Below, in pieces: positions 60,898 through 64,000 of a stretch of DNA of 64,000 bases. The position numbers were made by a program, and so were the translations under genes. This stretch comes from an uncultured Desulfovibrionaceae bacterium. Its GTDB lineage: Bacteria; Bacillota; Dethiobacteria; DTU022; UBA8154. Where the stretch lies: assembly GCA_964581355.1 (NCBI GenBank), contig CAZOOA010000003.1, positions 8,503 through 72,502 of the forward strand. The letters run 5' to 3'. Under the pieces are notes generated by a model. The model saw only the letters and a program-made list of their open reading frames with translations, ran no database searches and had not been told where the DNA came from. Each line of letters begins with the position of its first letter. The stretch's first letter is position 1.

Positions 60898-61320
60898 ATG
60901 AATAAAGAGCATAAAATCAGGGTTTTGGTAGCTAAGCCCGGCTTGGATGGACATGACCGGGGGGCCAAGGTCGTAGCCAGGGCATTAAGGGATTCCGGTA
61001 TGGAAGTGGTTTATACGGGACTGCACCAAACGGCAGAACAGGTTGTAGAAGCAGCGATCCAGGAAGATGTTGATGTAGTAGGCTTAAGCATCCTTTCCGG
61101 CGCTCACATGACTCTTTTCCCACGCATTCGGCAGCTTTTGAAAGAAAACAATGCCGACGACATTGTTTTAATCGGTGGAGGTATTTTCCCCGAGGATGAT
61201 ATGGATGAACTGCTGCAAAAAGGCGATGCGGAAGCCCTTTTCACCCCCGGAACACCTACCGAGGAAATAGTCAAGTGGATCAAGGATAACGTAAAAAAAG
61301 AAGGTGCAGGAACGACGTAG
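60898..61320 (+). CDS. icmB: Cobalamin-binding small subunit of the mutase
   Basis: GLDGHDRG (DxHxxG), GLSILSGAH. Confidence 0.88.
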   Translation: MNKEHKIRVLVAKPGLDGHDRGAKVVARALRDSGMEVVYTGLHQTAEQVVEAAIQEDVDVVGLSILSGAHMTLFPRIRQLLKENNADDIVLIGGGIFPEDDMDELLQKGDAEALFTPGTPTEEIVKWIKDNVKKEGAGTT

Positions 61321-61369
61321 AAAAAGAAAGATTTACTGTCCAGCTAGAACAATTGATATGTTATAATTT

Positions 61370-63462
<2,093 letters not shown>

Positions 63463-63552
63463 ATATAGAACAATTTGGTTTCCGGCTAGTAATTACTATG
63501 TTTTTATTTTTTTTAAGGGATTGCAAAGGATTTGATTTATACAGTTCATAAA

Positions 63553-63816
63553 CTAGTGCCTGGGATGCTCCTTGACCAGCTTAACTGCCTGGGTAATAGC
63601 GCCAACGATATCTATGTATCTTTGCAGTTCCAGCAGGTCAGCTTTACCGTATGAAGCCCCTTTACTGGTGACCACGTAGCGGGGGGGGAGTTTGTTTAAG
63701 GCAATGGCGGCAATATCCATACGACATTGTTCACATGAGCAGGTGCTCTTTTTATCCATGGTTTCATCAATTAGCTGTAAAACAGCGTCTTCCATCAAAT
63801 TTTTTAAAACAGGCAT
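63553..63816 (-). CDS. ComFB family protein
   Basis: NLMEDAV, CSCEQCRMDIAAIALNKLPPRYV, VKEHPRH; GGAGAGG RBS. Confidence 0.88.
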   Translation of the reverse strand: MPVLKNLMEDAVLQLIDETMDKKSTCSCEQCRMDIAAIALNKLPPRYVVTSKGASYGKADLLELQRYIDIVGAITQAVKLVKEHPRH

Positions 63817-63939
63817 TGTAACATCCTCTCCTTAGCTATAAATAATCGAAACAAATTGCTGAACTCGCCAGCAGTTATTCTTTAAATCTGTATTCGACAT
63901 AAAACAATTCATTCCTGCTTGCCCAGGGAGGTGAAAAAA

Positions 63940-64000
63940 ATGAATATTAACATTAAAGAAGTTGAGCATGTAGCTGAACTGGCCCGTTTAAATCTTTCCG
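63940..64000 (+). CDS. gatC: Asp/Glu-tRNA amidotransferase subunit C, N-terminus (truncated)
   Basis: GGAGGTG RBS then MNINIKEVEHVAELARLNLS; ligA-gatC adjacency is common in Bacillota. Confidence 0.85.
   Translation, partial: MNINIKEVEHVAELARLNLS

Overview
A 64-kb chromosomal window from an anaerobic, probably spore-forming Bacillota (inferred from CIRCE, PRC-barrel/ComFB genes, the pur operon layout and ferredoxin-linked enzymes). In order it holds: the 3' end of argH; a tandem-USP gene; a four-subunit 2-oxoacid:ferredoxin oxidoreductase (Vor-like) operon with an XRE-cupin regulator; envelope/sporulation-type genes; two FapA (DUF342) paralogues around a probable CC-adding tRNA nucleotidyltransferase, the second under a c-di-GMP-I riboswitch; Moco genes (two moeA-type genes, mogA); CIRCE-groESL; guaA and a pur operon without purK; a ~24-kb branched-chain fatty-acid utilisation region (sigma54 activator with visible enhancer sites, acetoacetyl-CoA synthetase, carboxyltransferase with no biotin partner nearby, two HMG-CoA lyase-like genes, isovaleryl-CoA dehydrogenase, transporter, ligase, thiolase/hbd/two acyl-CoA dehydrogenases, CobO-MeaB-split isobutyryl-CoA mutase); then ligA, comFB and the start of gatC. 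No transposase, integrase or CRISPR array is visible. The most unusual signal is non-coding. Three dispersed elements (16.6-17.0 kb, 25.3-25.7 kb, 58.1 kb) share a conserved ~45-bp end, short inverted repeats and an (AT)ACTAA direct repeat, but carry apparently unrelated interiors (hairpin-rich in the two long copies); one is partly duplicated head-to-tail. A second, MITE-like family (GTAACTGCTCAGC ends) sits beside T-tracts, including inside the riboswitch leader.
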